The translations under genes were made by a program, and so were the position numbers. The notes below the pieces were generated by a model. The model saw only the letters and a list, made by a program, of their open reading frames with translations, was not told the DNA's origin and ran no database searches. From the NCBI GenBank assembly GCA_036785375.1, contig JAWMAR010000029.1:11222001-11286000 (forward strand): a DNA stretch of 64,000 bases, given 5' to 3'. The DNA comes from Leucoraja ocellata. Lineage: Eukaryota. This document shows, piece by piece, positions 12,101-27,100 of the stretch; position 1 is the first letter of the stretch; each line of letters begins with the position of its first letter.

Positions 12101-15100
12101 TTATTATTGTGGGCTCTTTGGCCATCGGTGCCAGCTCTGCTTTGTTCTGTACGTTTTCATTCCGCTAGTTTCCCTCTCCCCTGACTCTCAGACTGAAAAC
12201 TGGTCTCCTCATTACAATCTATTCCTTTTCTCCAGAGATGCTGACTGACCCGCTTTATAATGGGATCGATATACTCACCAGGAGGTTCGGTAACACCACC
12301 TAAAAGGAGAAACAAACAATTCAGTTAATTATCGTTTGAAACATGTTCAGATTTAAAGATTGTTAGCAAATATCTGCCCCATCTGTGCAAGAGTCTGCAC
12401 ACCACACGTTGGCCTCATCAACCACATCAGAACTCATAGAACCAGAGAAGAGACATGCCACCCTCCATCGAAAGGGACTGTCAAAGAAGGAGGAGTGTTT
12501 AAGGTGGGGATGAAATTACTATTGGAAAGTCTGGAAATCAGCAAACAGAGGGACATGAAGAGGGTGGCTAAGCAAGAAGGTGAGTAGTTATTACAGTCTG
12601 TGTTATAATCAGCTTCACTCATAATTCAGTAGCTAATATTCACAAATTATATTTTACAATTGCCTCATACTCACAAAAGGAATCAGGGCAGGTGAATCGT
12701 ATTCTGTAATCTTGACATGCGCGATCAGGTTGGTTGCTGTTCACACAAAAGAATCCAGTAGAAACGTTGCAACTGTTGAGTAGAATGTAGGGACATATGA
12801 TAAAGTTGTTGATAAAACCTCTGATGCACTTTGAATGAAATAATAAAAGTGCTATAATATGGCTGGCTCTATTTTGTACCTGGCAATGTTCTCTCCAGTC
12901 TGTGAGGCCGGAATCCCTGATGTTGTCTCCACCTCACAGGCGATTGGATCCATGCAGATCTGACCGGGATTCTCAGTTCGCAGATTGGGGAAGATTTCAT
13001 AATCTCCATTTCCTGATGGGTTATCACGGTCAAACCACGCAGTTTTGCAATTCCCCACTGAAGAAGAGCAGAAAGAGAAAGTAGATTCAAAGTGAACATT
13101 GGGTCTAATGGATTGACACAACATGTTGCAGCAAATTAGCTCGGCAGGTCGCATCTCTAGAGGAAAGAAATAGGTGACGGTTCATGTCGAGACCCTTCCT
13201 CAAACTGAGAGACCGGTGAGAGAGAAATTAGAGGTTTGAAAATGTACAGAACAAATCAGAGCCTGCACTAATGGCCAAAGAGCCCACATGGTTCATTGTT
13301 GACTTTGGAGGAGGTAATAACGAGGGGATACAAACAGTAAAACTAGTAGGATGATTGCAGCAGGTGAGGGATGGAGAGAGAGGGAATGCAAGGGTTACTC
13401 CTTTGTTCAAGAGAGGGGCAAAGATGATCACAAAAATGACAGGCCTTTACGATGAATTAACACCACACATGAAGTTGGGTACTGTAGTTGCCTTCTAACA
13501 CATCAATCAGAATATCAGAAAAGAAAGTAAGAATTAGGAACAGGAGTCAGACATGTGGCCATTTGAACTAGCAATCTTCTATTTCAGGTCCATTTTCCAG
13601 CACTATCAACATATCCTTTAACGTCCAGAAAACTAACAATCACTTCTGAACGTCCTCGAATGCTCTCTGGAATCAAGAATGTCAAAAATACACCACCTTC
13701 TGAGTGACACAACTAATCGTATTTCAATCCCAAAATATCTTCCTCTCATGCTGAGACAGTGGTGCATGCACCTGGAGTCCAAAGGGACAGAGATGTCTTT
13801 CCATTCTACAATTCCTGGAGAAACATGTTCTAGTCTGAAGAATGGTCCCGACTCGAAATATCACCTATTCATGATCCCAGAGATGATGCCTGACATGATC
13901 AGTTACTCCAGCACTTTATTTCTTATTTTGTAATCCAGTATCTACTGTATTTTGTATTACTTATACTTGCAATTTCTTCTCATGTGGCTAAATCACAATT
14001 TCTGTTACCTATCCCGTCAATCTGTTTTGCATTCCCTCCATGGCATGGACACATTTTGTTTCCTTAACAAGATGATAACTACAAGCAACTCTTGAGGTTC
14101 AGTCGCATTGAAGCGCCTATAATCTGTTGTGGCAGTTTTTTAACTTGTTTATTATGTAGCGGACATTTAAACACACTGTATGAAGTTCATAAGAGCTTTC
14201 ATATTACTGTTAACATTGCCCTCTTTATCATGGGAGCGATATACTCACCAGGAGGTTCGGTAACACCACCTAAAAGGAGAAACAAAACAATTCAGTTAAT
14301 TATCATTTGAAACATGTTGAGATTTAATGATTATCAGCAGATATCTGCCCCATCTGTGCAAAAGTCTGCAGACCACACGTTAGCCTCATCAACCACAACA
14401 GAACTAGTAGAACCAGAGAAGAGACATGCCACCCTACATCTAAAGGAACTGTCAAAGAAGAAGGAGTGTTTAAGATGGGGATGAATTTACTATTGGAAAG
14501 TCAGCAAACAGAGGGACAGGAAGAGGGTGGCTAAGCAAAAGGTGAGTAGTTATTACAGTCTGTGTAATAATCAGCTCCATTCATAATTCAGTAGCAAATA
14601 TTCACAAATTATATTTTACAATCGCCTCATACTCACAAAAGGAATCGGGGCAGGTGAATCGTATTCTGTAATCTTGACATGAGCCATCACGTTGGTTGCT
14701 GTTCATACAAAAGAATCCAGTAGAAACGTTGCAACTGTTGAGTAGAATGTAGGGACATATGATAAAGTTGTTGATAAAACTACTGATGCTCTTTGAATGA
14801 AATAATAAAAGTGCAATATTATGGCCGGCTCTATTTAGTACCTGGCAATGTTCTCTCCAGTCTGTGAGGCCGGTATCCCTGACGTTGTCTGTACCTCACA
14901 GGCGATTGGTTCCGTGCAGATCTGACCGGGATTCTCATTTCGCAGATGGGGGAAGGTTTCATAATCTCCAAATCCTGATGGGTTATCACGGTCAAACCAC
15001 GGAGTTTTGCAATTCCCCACTGAAGAGCAGAAAGAGAAAGTAGATTGAACGTGAACATTGGGTCTGACAGATTGACACAAAATTATGGAGCAAATTAGCT

Positions 15101-18100
15101 CCAGGTAGCATCTCTAGTCGTCCAGTAGAAACATTGCTTCTAGTCTGAAGAAGGATCCTGACACGAAACATCACCTATTAATGATTCGCAGAGATGATGC
15201 CTGACACGATCAGTTACTCCAGCACTTTGTTCCTTATTTTGTAATCCAATATCCGCTGCACTTTGTATTCCTAGTCTTTGCAATTTCTTCTCAAGCGGCT
15301 AAATCACAATTTCTGCTGCCTTTCCCGTGAATCTGTTTTGCATTCCCTCCATGACATGGACACATTTTGTTTCCTTATAAGCTGATAACTACAAGCAAAT
15401 CTCGAGGCTCAGTCGCACTGAAGTGCATATAATCTGTTGTGGCAGTTTTATGACTTGGTTATTATGTAGCGGACATTAAAATATACTGGATAAAGCTTGT
15501 TAAAACTTTTATATTGCTGTTAACATTGCCTTCTTTATAATGGGAGCGATATACTCACCAGGAGGTTCGGTAACACCACCTAAAAGGAGAAACAAACAAA
15601 TCACCTAATTATCATTTGAAATATGTTCAGATTACATAGATACATAGAAAATAGGTGCAGGAGTAGGCCATTCGGCCCTTCGAGCCTGCACCGCCATTCA
15701 ATATGATCATGGCTGATCATCCAACTCAGTATCCCGTACCTGCCTTCTCTCCATACCCCCTGATCCCTTTAGCCACAAGGGCCACATCTAACTCCCTCTT
15801 AAATATAGCCAATGAACTGGCCTCAACTACCTTCTGTGGCAGAGAGTTCCAGAGATTCACCACTCTCTGTGTGAAAAATGTTTTTCTCATCTCGGTCTTA
15901 AAGGATTTCCCCCTTATCCTTAAGCTGTGACTCCTTGTCCTGGACTTCCCCAACATCGGGAACAATCTTCCTGCATCTAGCCTGTCCAACCCCTTAAGAA
16001 TTTTGTAAGTTTCTATAAGATCCCCCCTCAATTTCCTAAAGGAGGGGGGGGGGAGAGAGGAGGGGGGGGATGAGAAAGGAGGGGAGGGGGAGAGAGGAGG
16101 GGGGGAGAGGAGAGGGGGGTGATGGGAGAGGGGGGGGGGTGATGTGGAGAGGGGGGGGTGATGGGGAGAGGGGAGGGGTGATGGGGAGGGGGGAGAGAGA
16201 GGACGGGAGAGAGAGAGAAAGGGAGAGAGAGAAAGAGAGAGGGATAGGGAGAGAGAGGATGGGAGAGAGAGAGAGAGAGGGTGCCTTTTTACTTCAACCC
16301 AAACAACCGTTTGCAGGCAGTGCTTTTTTCCTCAAACTAACCATATTTTCATTTTCAAACCACATTATGGGTACTCACAGCTGTGGAGACATTTGTTCAG
16401 TGTCATTCAGAGCTCTGATTGAGGCACACCACTTGCAGAGACTGATTGAGGCACACTTTGCATCTCCCCTTTTCCTAATCGGCCACCATTTAGATAATAG
16501 TCTGCTTTCCTGTTTTTGACACCAAAGTGGATAACCTCACATTTATCCACATTATACTGCATTTGCCAAACATTTTCCCACTCACCCAGCCTATCCAAGT
16601 CACCTTGCAGTCTCCTAGCATCCTCCTCACAGCTAACACTGCCCCCCAGCTTAGTGTCATCCGCAAACTTGGAGATGTTGCCTTCAATTTCCTCATCCAG
16701 ATCATTAATATATATTGAAAATAGCTGGGGTCCAGCACTGAGCCTTGCAGTACCCCACTAGTCACTGCCTGCCATTGTGAAAAGGACCCGTTTACTCCTA
16801 CTTTTTGCTTCCTGTTTGCCAGCCAGTTCTCTATCCACATCAATACTGAACCCCCAATACCGTGTGCTTTAAGTTTGTATACTAATCTCTTATGTGGGAC
16901 CTTGTCGAAAGACTTAGATTAAATGATGGCAAGCAAAATAAGGGATGAAATTACTATCGGAAAGTCTGGAAATTAGCAAACAGAGGGACAGGAAGAGGGT
17001 GGCTAAGCAAAAAGGTGAGTAGTTATTACAGTCTGTGTAATACTCAGCTCCACTCATAATTCAGTAGCTAATATTCACAAATGATATTTTACAATCACAT
17101 CATACTCACAAAAGGAATCGGGGCAGGTGAATCGTATTCTGTAATCTTGACATGAGCCATCACGTTGGTTGCTGTTCATACAAAAGAATCCAGTAGAAAC
17201 GTTGCAACTGTTGAGTAGAATGTAGGGAGATGTGATAAAATAGTTGATAAAACTAATGATGCTCTTTGAATGAAATGATAAAAGTGCAATATTATGGCCG
17301 GCTCTATTTTGTACCTGGCAATGTTCTCTCCAGTCTGTGAGGCCGGAATCCCTGACGTTGTCTCTACCTCACAGGCGATTGGTTCCGTACAGATCTGATC
17401 GGGATTCTCAGTTCGCAGATGGGGGAACGTTTCATAATCTCCAAATCCTGATGGGTTATCACGGTCAAACCATGGAGTTGTGCAATTCCCTACTGAAGAG
17501 CAGAAAGAGAAAGTAGATTGAAGGTGAACATTGGGTCTGACAGATTGACACAAATGTTGCAGCAAATTAGCTCGGCAGGTCGCATCTCTAGAGGAAAGAA
17601 ATAGGTGACGGTTCATGTCGAGACCCTTCCTCGAACTGAGAGACAGGTGAGAGAGAAATTATAGGTTTGAAAATGTACAGAACAAATCAGAGCCTGCACT
17701 AATGGCCAAAGAGCCCACATGGTTCATTGTTGACTTTGGACGAGGTAATAACAAAATCCATGTCTAGTTTTCCTGGTCCTCCTCGTGACAATCCCACATT
17801 CTGCAATCCTGAATCATGCCTGGCAGAATACTCAAATTACTCTTACGTGGGTCACTTTCCTCAAGTGAACAAGTGATGTCAGAGGACCGGAGAAACGCAG
17901 AAGTTACTCCTTTGTTCAAGAGAGGGGAAAAGATGATCACAGACATTACAGGCCTTTACGATGAATTAACACCACACAAAGTTTTTATGAGTACTCTAGT
18001 TACCTTCTAACAAATAAATCAGAATATCAGAAAAGAAAGTAAGAATTAGGAGCAGGAGTCAGAGATATGACCATTTGAACTAGTAATCGTCCACTTCAGG

Positions 18101-21100
18101 TCCTTTTTCCAGCACTATCAACTTTAACAACCAGAAAACTAACAATCACTTCTGAATGTCTTCGAATGCGCTCTGCAATGAAGAATGACAAAAATACACC
18201 ACCTTCTGAGTGAAACAACTTATCGTATTTTAATCCCAAAATATCTTCCTCTCATGTTGAGACAGTACTGCATGTACCTGGAGTCCAAAGGGACAGAGAT
18301 GACTTTCCATTCTACAATCCCTAGAGAAAATGGTTCTAGTCTGAAGATGGGTCCCGAATCGAAACAGGACCTATTCATGATCCTGGAGATGATGCCTGAT
18401 ACGTTCTGTTATTCCAGCACTTTATTCCTTATTTTGTAATCCAATATCTGCTGTATTTTGTATTCCAAATCTTTGCAATTCTTTCCCATGTGGCTAAATC
18501 ACAATTTCTGCCACCTTCCCCATGAATCTGTTCCGCATTCCCTCCATGACATGGACACATTTTGTTTCCTTAATAAGCTGATAACTACAAGCAACTCTTG
18601 AGGTTCAGTCACACTGAAGTGCCTATAATCTGTTATGCCAGTGTTTTAACTCAGTTATTATGTAGCGGACATTAAAAAATACCGGATGAAGCTCGTAAGA
18701 GCTTTCATATTGCTGTTAACATTGCCCTCTTTATCATGGGAGCGATATACTCACCAGGAGGTTCGGTTAGACCACCTAAAAGGAGAAAGAAACAATTCAG
18801 TTAATCATCATTTGAAACATGTTCAAACTTAATGATTGTCAGCAGATATCTGCCCCTTCTGTGCAAGAGTCTGCACACCACACGTTAGCCTCATCAACCA
18901 CATCAGAACGCAAAGAACCAGAGAAGAGACATGCCACCCTCCATCCAAAGGGACTGCCAAAGAAGGGGGGGGGGTGTTTATGATGGGGATGAATTTACAA
19001 GTTGCCTTCTAACACATCAATCAGAATATCAGAAAAGAAAGAAAGAATTAGGAGTCAGACATGTGGCCATTTGAACTAGCAATCTTCTATTTCAGGTCCA
19101 TTTTCCAGCACTATCAACATATCCTTTAACGTCCAGAAAACTAACAATCACTTCTGAACGTCCTCGAATGCTCTCTGGATTCAAGAATGTCAAAAATACA
19201 CCACCTTCTGAGTGAAACAACTAATCATATTTCAATCCCAAAATATCTTCCTCTCACGCTGAGACAGTGGTGCATGCACCTGGAGTCCAAAGGGACAGAG
19301 ATGACTTTCCATTCTACAATCCCTGGAGAAACATGTTCTAGTCTGAAGAAGGGTCCCAACTCGAAATATCACCTATTCATGATCCCAGAGATGATGCCTG
19401 ACATGATCAGTTACTCCAGCACTTTATTTCTCATTTTGTAATCCAGTATCTACTGTACTTTGTATTACTAATACTTGCAATTTCTTCTCATGTGGCTAAA
19501 TCACAATTTCTGTTGCCTATATCGTCAATCTGTTTTGCATTCCCACCATGGCATGGACACAATTTGTTTCCTTAACAAGATGATAACTACAAGCAACTCT
19601 TGAGGTTCAGTCGCATTGAAGCGCCTATAATCTGTTGTGGCAGTTTTTTAACTTGTTTATTATGTAGCGGACATTTAAACACCCTGGATGAAGTTCATAA
19701 GAGCTTTCATATTGCTGTTAACATTGCCCTCTTTATCATGGGGGCGATATACTCACCAGGAGGTTCGGTAACACCACCTAAAAGGAGAAACAAAACAATT
19801 CAGTTAATTATCATTTGAAAGATGTTGAGATTTAATGATTATCAGCAGATATCTGCCCCATCTGTGCAAAAGTCTGCAGACCACACGTTAGGCTCATCAA
19901 CCACAACAGAACTTGTAGAACCAGAGAAGAGACATGCCACCCTCCATCTAAAGGAACTGTCAAAGAAGGGGTGGTGTTTAAGATGGGGATGAATTTACTA
20001 TTGGAAAGTCTGGAAATCTGCAAACAGAGGGACAGGAAGAGGGTGGCTAAGCAAAAGGTGAGTAGTTATTACAGTCAGTGTAATACTCAGCTCCACTCAT
20101 AATTCAGTAGCTAATAATCACAAATGATATTTCTCAATCGTCTAATACTCACAAAAGAATTCAGGGCAGGTGAATCGTATTCTGTAATCTTGACATGAGC
20201 CATCACGTTGGTTGCTGTTCACACAAAAGAATCCAGTAGAAACGTTGCAACTGTTGAGTAGAATGTAGGGACATATGATAAAGTTGTTGATAAAACTACT
20301 GATGCTCTTTGAATGAAATAAGAAAAGTTCAATATTATGGCCGGCTATATTTTGTACCTGGCAATGTTCTCTCCAGTCTGTGAGGCCGGAATCCCTGACG
20401 TTGTCTCCACCTCACAGGCGATTGGATCCGTGCAGATCTGACCGGGATTCTCAGTTCGCAGATTGGGGAAGATTTCATAATCTCCATTTCCTGATGGGTT
20501 ATCACGGTCAAACCACACAGTTTTGCAATTCCCTACTGAAGAGCAGAAAGAGAAAGTAGATTGAAAGTAAACATTGGGTCTGACAGATTGACACAATATT
20601 ATGGAGCAAATTAGCTCCAGGTAGCATCTCTAGAGGTAAGGAATATGTTACCTTTCATGTCGAGACAGAGAGACCTGATCGATTTGCTAACCGTTGGGCA
20701 CAACTTACATGAACAATATTTCTCCTCAGAACGCATCATATACTCAAGTACATGAGACCTAGTTCCAGCTCCCTCCACCTTGTTCACTGTTCTGCCCATC
20801 ACTTCACTTATTTCTTCTTGCCCCATATTTGCTGATGTTGGTGACTGTTTCCTCTCACTGCTGCCATTGGTCCTGACTCCTTCACATCAATCGCCATCCC
20901 TCTCTCCTCAATAAAATCCCAACTTTATAAATTACCAGCCTGGTACCATGTCCCAGAATTCCTACGAAATCCATGTCTAGTTTTCCTGGTCCTCCTCGTG
21001 ACAATCCCACATTCTGCAATCCTGAATCATGCCTGGCAGAATACTCAAATTACTCTTACGTGAGTCACTTTCCTCAAGTGAACAAGTGATGTCAGAGGAC

Positions 21101-24100
21101 CGGAGAAACGCAGAAGTTACTCCTTTGTTCAAGAGAGGGGAAAAGATGATCACAGAAATGACAGGCCTTTACGATGAATTAACACCACACAAAGTTTTAT
21201 GAGTACTCTAGTTACCTTCTAACAAATAAATCAGAATATCAGAAAAGAAAGTAAGAATTAGGAGCAGGAGTCAGAGACGACTTCCCATTCTACAATCCCT
21301 AGAGAAAATGGTTCAAGTCTGAAGATGGGTCCCGAATCGAAACAGGACCTATTCATGATCTCGGAGATGATGCCTGATACGTTCTGTTATTCCAGCATTT
21401 TGTAATCCATATCTGCTGTAGTTTGTATTCCTAGTCTTTGCAATTTCTTCTCATGTGGCTAAATCACAATTTCTGCCACCTTTCCCATGAATCTGTTTTG
21501 CATTCACTCCATGACATGGACACATTTTGTTTCCTTAATAAGCTGATAACTACAAGCAACTCATGAGGTTCAGTCGCACTGAAGCGCCTATAATCTGTTT
21601 TAACTTAGTTATTATGTAGCGGACTTTAAAACATACTGTATGAAACTAATAAGAGCTTTCATATTACTGTTAACATTGCCCGCTTTATAATGGGATCGAT
21701 ATACTCACCAGGAGGTTCGGTAACACCACCTAAAAGGAGAAACAAACAATTCAGTTAATTATCATTTGAAACATGTTCAGATTTAATGATTGTCAGCAGA
21801 TATCTGCCCCATCTATGCTAGAGTCTGCACACCACACGTTAGCCTCATCAACCTAATCAGAACCAGAGAAGAAACATGCCACACTCCATCCAAAGGGACT
21901 GTCAAAGAAGGAGGGCTGTTTAAGGTGGGGATGAAATTACTATTGGAAAGTCTGTAAATCAGCAAACAGGAGGACAGGAAGAGGGTGGCTAAGCAAAGTG
22001 TGAGTTGTTATTACAGTCTGTGTTATAATCAGCTCCACTCATAATTCAGTAGCTAATATTCACAAATATGTTTTTACAATTGCCTCATACTTACAAAAGG
22101 AATCAGGGCAGGTGAATCGTATTCTGTAATCTTGACATGCGCGATCACGTTGGTTGCTGTTCACACAAAAGAATCCAGTAGAAACGTTGCAACTGTTGAG
22201 TAGAATATAGGGACATATGATAAAGTTGTTGATAAAACCTCTGATGCACTTTAAATGAAATAATAAAAGTGCTATAATATGGCTGGCTCTATATTGTACC
22301 TGGCAATGTTCTCTCCTGTCTGTGAGGCCGGAATCCCTGATGTTGTCTCCACCTCACAGGCGATCGGATCCATGCAGATCTGACCGGGATTCTCAGTTCG
22401 CAGATTGGGGAAGATTTCATAATCTCCATTTCCTGATGGGTTATCACGGTCAAACCACGCAGTTTTGCAATTCCCCACTGAAGAAGAGCAGAAAGAGAAA
22501 GTAGATTCAAAGTGAACATTGGGTCTGATGGATTGACACAACATGTTGCAGCAAATTAGCTCGGCAGGTCGCATCTCTAGAGGAAAGAAATAGGTGATGG
22601 TTCATGTCAGGACCCTTCCTCAAACTGAGAGACAAGTGAGAGAGAAATTAGAGGTTTGAAAATGTACAGAACAAATCAGAGCCTGCACTAATGGTCAAAG
22701 AGCCCACATGGTTCATTGTTGACTTTGGAGGAGGTAATAACGAGGGGATACAGACAGTAAAACTAGTAGGATGATTGCAGCAGGTGAGGGATGGAGAGAG
22801 AGGGAATGCAAGGGTTACTCCTTTGTTCAAGAGAGGGGCAAAGATGATCACAAAAATGACAGGCCTTTACGATGAATTAACACCACACATGAAGTTGTGT
22901 ACAGTAGTTGCCCTCTAACACATCAATCAGAATATCAGAAAAGAAAGTAAGAATTAGGAGCAGGAGTCAGACATGTGGCCATTTGAACTAGCAATCTTCT
23001 ATTTCAGGTCCATTTTCCAGCACTATCAACATATCCTTTAACGTCCAGAAAACTAACAATCACTTCTGAACGTCCTCGAATGCTCTCTGGAATGAAGAAT
23101 GTCAAAAATACACCACCTTCTGAGTGACACAACTAATCGTATTTCAATCCCAAAATATCTTCCTCTCATGCTGAGACAGTGGTGCATGCACCTGGAGTCC
23201 AAAGGGACAGAGATGTCTTTCCATTCTACAATTCCTGGAGAAACATGTTCTAGTCTGAAGAATGGTCCCGACTCGAAATATCACCTATTCATGATCCCAG
23301 AGATGATGCCTGACATGATCAGTTACTCCAGCACTTTATTTCTTATTTTGTAATCCAGTATCTACTGTATTTTGTATTACTAATCCTTGCAATTTCTTCT
23401 CATGTGGCTAAATCACAATTTCTGTTACCTATCCCGTCAATCTGTTTTGCATTCCCTCCATGGCATGGACACATTTTGTTTCCTTAACAAGATGATAACT
23501 ACAAGCAACTCTTGAGGTTCAGTCGCATTGAAGCGCCTATAATCTGTTGTGGCAGTTTTTTAACTTGTTTATTATGTAGCGGACATTTAAACACCCTGGA
23601 TGATGTTCATAAGAGCTTTCATATTACTGTTAACATTGCCCTCTTTATCATGGGAGCGATATACTCACCAGGAGGTTCGGTAACACCACCTAAAAGGAGA
23701 AACAAAACAATTCAGTTAATTATCATTTGAAACATGTTGAGATTTAATGATTATCAGCAGATATCTGCCCCATCTGTGCAAAAGTCTGCAGACCACACGT
23801 TAGCCTCATCAACCACAACAGAACTAGTAGAACCAGAGAAGAGACATGCCACCCTACATCTAAAGGAACTGTCAAAGAAGGAGGAGTGTTTAAGATGGGG
23901 ATGAATTTACTATTGGAAAGTCAGCAAACAGAGGGACAGGAAGAGGGTGGCTAAGCAAAAGGTGAGTAGTTATTACAGTCTGTGTAATAATCAGCTCCAT
24001 TCATAATTCAGTAGCTAATATTCACAAATTATATTTTACAATTGCCTCATACTCACAAAAGGAATCGGGGCAGGTGAATCGTATTCTGTAATCTTGACAT

Positions 24101-27100
24101 GAGCCATCACGTTGGTTGCTGTTCATACAAAAGAATCCAGTAGAAACGTTGCAACTGTTGAGTAGAATGTAGGGACATATGATAAAGTAGTTGATAAAAC
24201 TACTGATGCTCTTTGAATGAAATAATAAAAGTGCAATATTATGGCCGGCTCTATTTAGTACCTGGCAATGTTCTCTCCAGTCTGTGAGGCCGGAATCCCT
24301 GACGTTGTCTCTACCTCACAGGCGATTGGTTCCGTGCAGATCTGACCAGGATTCTCATTTCGCAGATGGGGGAACGTTTCATAATCTCCAAATCCTGATG
24401 GGTTATCACGGTCAAACCATGGAGTTGTGCAATTCCCTACTGAAGAGCAGAAAGAGAAAGTAGATTGAAGGTGAACATTGGGTCTGACAGATTGACACAA
24501 AATTATGGAGCAAATTAGCTCCAGGTAGCACCTTTGTAGGTAAGGAATAGGGGACCTTTCATGTTGAGATCCGTCTTCAGACAGAGAGTCTGGGGACTGA
24601 GAAATTTTATGGTATGGAAAGGTTCAGAACAATTCAGAACCTGCACTAATGGTCAAAGAGCCCACATGGTTCATTGTTGGCTTTGGAGGAGGTGATAAGG
24701 AAGGGATACAAAAAGCAAAACTTGCAGGATGTATGGGGCAAGTGAGGGATGGAGAGAGAGAGAATGCAAGGGTTACTTGAATTTAAAATAATCAATATTC
24801 ATAATGCTGGGTTGTAAGCTAGGCAAGCAAAATATGAGGTTCTTTTCAATTTACATGTGGCCGAACTCTGACATTGGAGGTGATCCAGGACAGAACGAGT
24901 CTGTCTCCACTGTCAGAGTGCTTTTCTGTCCTGCACCACCTCCACTGTCAGAGTAAGGCCTTATGCAAATTGGAGTAACAGCACCTCATATTTTGTTTGG
25001 GTAGCTTACAACCCAATATTGGAACATTAATTTCTCTAATTTCATGTAATCTTTGCCTTCCAACTCTCTCCATCTCTTCTCCACCTTAGTCGTCCGATAA
25101 GGTTTATTATTGTGGGCTCTTTGGCCATCGGTGCCAGCTCTGCTTTGTTCTGTATGTTTTCATACCACTAGTTTCCCTCTCCCCTGACTCTCAGACTGAA
25201 GACTGGTCTCCTCATTACAATCTATTCCTTTTCTCCAGAGATGCTGACTGACCCGCTGAGTAGCTCTAGCATTTTGAGACTATCATCGGAGTAATCAAGC
25301 ATCTGCTGGTGCTTTGTACACATTTGGTCTTATAGACCTGATAGATTTGCTAAACTTGTCAGGCACAACTTACATGAACAATATTTCTCATCAGAACGCA
25401 TCATATACTCAAGTACATGAGACCTGGTTCCAGCTCCCTCCACCTTGTTCACTGTTCTGCCCATCACTTCACTTTTGTCTTCTTGCCCCATATTTGCTGA
25501 TGTTGGTGACTGTTTCCTCTCACTGCTGCCATTGGTCCTCACTCCTTCACATCAATCGCCATCCCTCTCTCCTCAATAAAATCCCAACTTTATAAATTAC
25601 CAGACTGGTACCATGTCCCAGAATTCCTACAAAATCCATGTCTAGTTTTCCTGGTCCTCCTCGTGACAATCCCACATTCTGCAATCCTGAATCATGCCTG
25701 GCAGAATACTCAAATTACTCTTACATGAGTCACTTTCCTCAAGTGAACAAGTGATGTCAGAGGACCGGAGAAACGCAGAAGTTACTCCTTTGTTCAAGAG
25801 AGGGGAAAAGATGATCACAGAAATGACAGGCCTTTACGATGAATTAACACCACACATAAAGTTTTTATGAGTACTCTAGTTACCTTCTAAGAAATAAAAC
25901 AGAATATCAGAAAAGAAAGTTAGAATTAGGAGCAGGAGTTAGAGACGACTTCCCATTCTACAATCCCAAGAGAAAAAGGTTCTAGTCTGAAGATGGATCC
26001 CGAATCGAAACAGGACCTATTCATGATCTCGGAGATGATGCCTGATACGTTCTGTTATTCCAGCATTTTGTAATCCATATCTGCTGTAGTTTGTATTCCT
26101 AGTCTTTGCAATTTCTTCTCATGTGGCTAAATCACAATTTCTGCAACCTTTCCCATGAATCTGTTTTGCATTCACTCCATGGCATGGACACTTTTGTTTC
26201 CTTAATAAGCTGATAACTACAAGCAACTCTTGAGGTTCACTCGCACTGAAGCGCCTATAATCTGTTATGCCAGTGTTTTAACTCAGTTATTATGTAGCGG
26301 ACATTAAAAAATACTGGATGAAGCTCGTAAGAGCTTTCATATTGCTGTTAACATTGCCCTCTTTATAATGGGATCGATATACTCACCAGGAGGTTCTGTT
26401 ACACCACCTAAAAGGAGAAACAAACAATTCAGTTAATTATCATTTGAAACATGTTCTGATTTAAAGATTGTCAGCAAATATCTGCCCCATCTGTGCAAGA
26501 GTCTGCAGGAGTAGGAGTCAGACATGTGGCCATTTGAACTAGCAATCTTCTATTTCAGGTCCATATTCCAGCACTATCTACAAATCCTTTAACGTCCAGA
26601 AAACTAACAATCACTTCTGAATGTCCTCGAATGCTCTCTGGAATCAAGAATGTCAAAAATACACCACCTTCTGAGTGAAACAACTTATCATATTTCAATC
26701 CCAAAATATCTTCCTCTCATGCTGAGACAGTGGTGCATGCACCTGGAGTCCAAAGGGACAGAGATGTCTTTCCATTCTACAATCCCTGGAGAAACATGTT
26801 CTAGTCTGAAGAATGGTCCCGACTCGAAATATCACCTATTCATGATCCCAGAGATGATGCCTATAATCTGCTGTGGCAGTTTATTAACTTGTTTATTATG
26901 TAGCGGACATTTAAACACCCTGGATGAAGTTCATAAGAGCTTTCATATTACTGTTAACATTGCCCTCTTTATCATGGGAGCGATATACTCACCAGGAGGT
27001 TCGGTAACACCACCTAAAAGGAGAAACAAAACAATTCAGTTAATTATCATTTGAAACATGTTGAGATTTAATGATTATCAGCAGATATCTGCCCCATCTG

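Noticed and set aside
12360-12587. Repeated + strand ORF with a C2H2 zinc-finger-like pattern ([21 protein letters not shown])
   Set aside because: Single finger with non-ATG starts, interrupted by stops in many copies, and no splice support. Better explained as an RTE LINE C-terminal relic copied with the cassette.
12852-13154. Minus-strand 80-100 aa ORFs read as separate small genes with hydrophobic N-termini
   Set aside because: The N-terminal part (STFSFCSS) is the translated pyrimidine tract of the acceptor, and the C-terminal tail is donor read-through. The domain is only complete after splicing to exon B.
13679-14310. Recurrent + strand ORFs (MSKIHHLL..., MRFSRIEAP..., MPGRILKLL...)
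   Set aside because: They recur only because the intron is duplicated. They overlap TE relics, are cut by indels in sibling copies and show no recognisable domain.
16070-16519. 149-aa Gly/Arg/Glu-rich ORF
   Set aside because: Translation of a polypurine low-complexity tract inside a TE.
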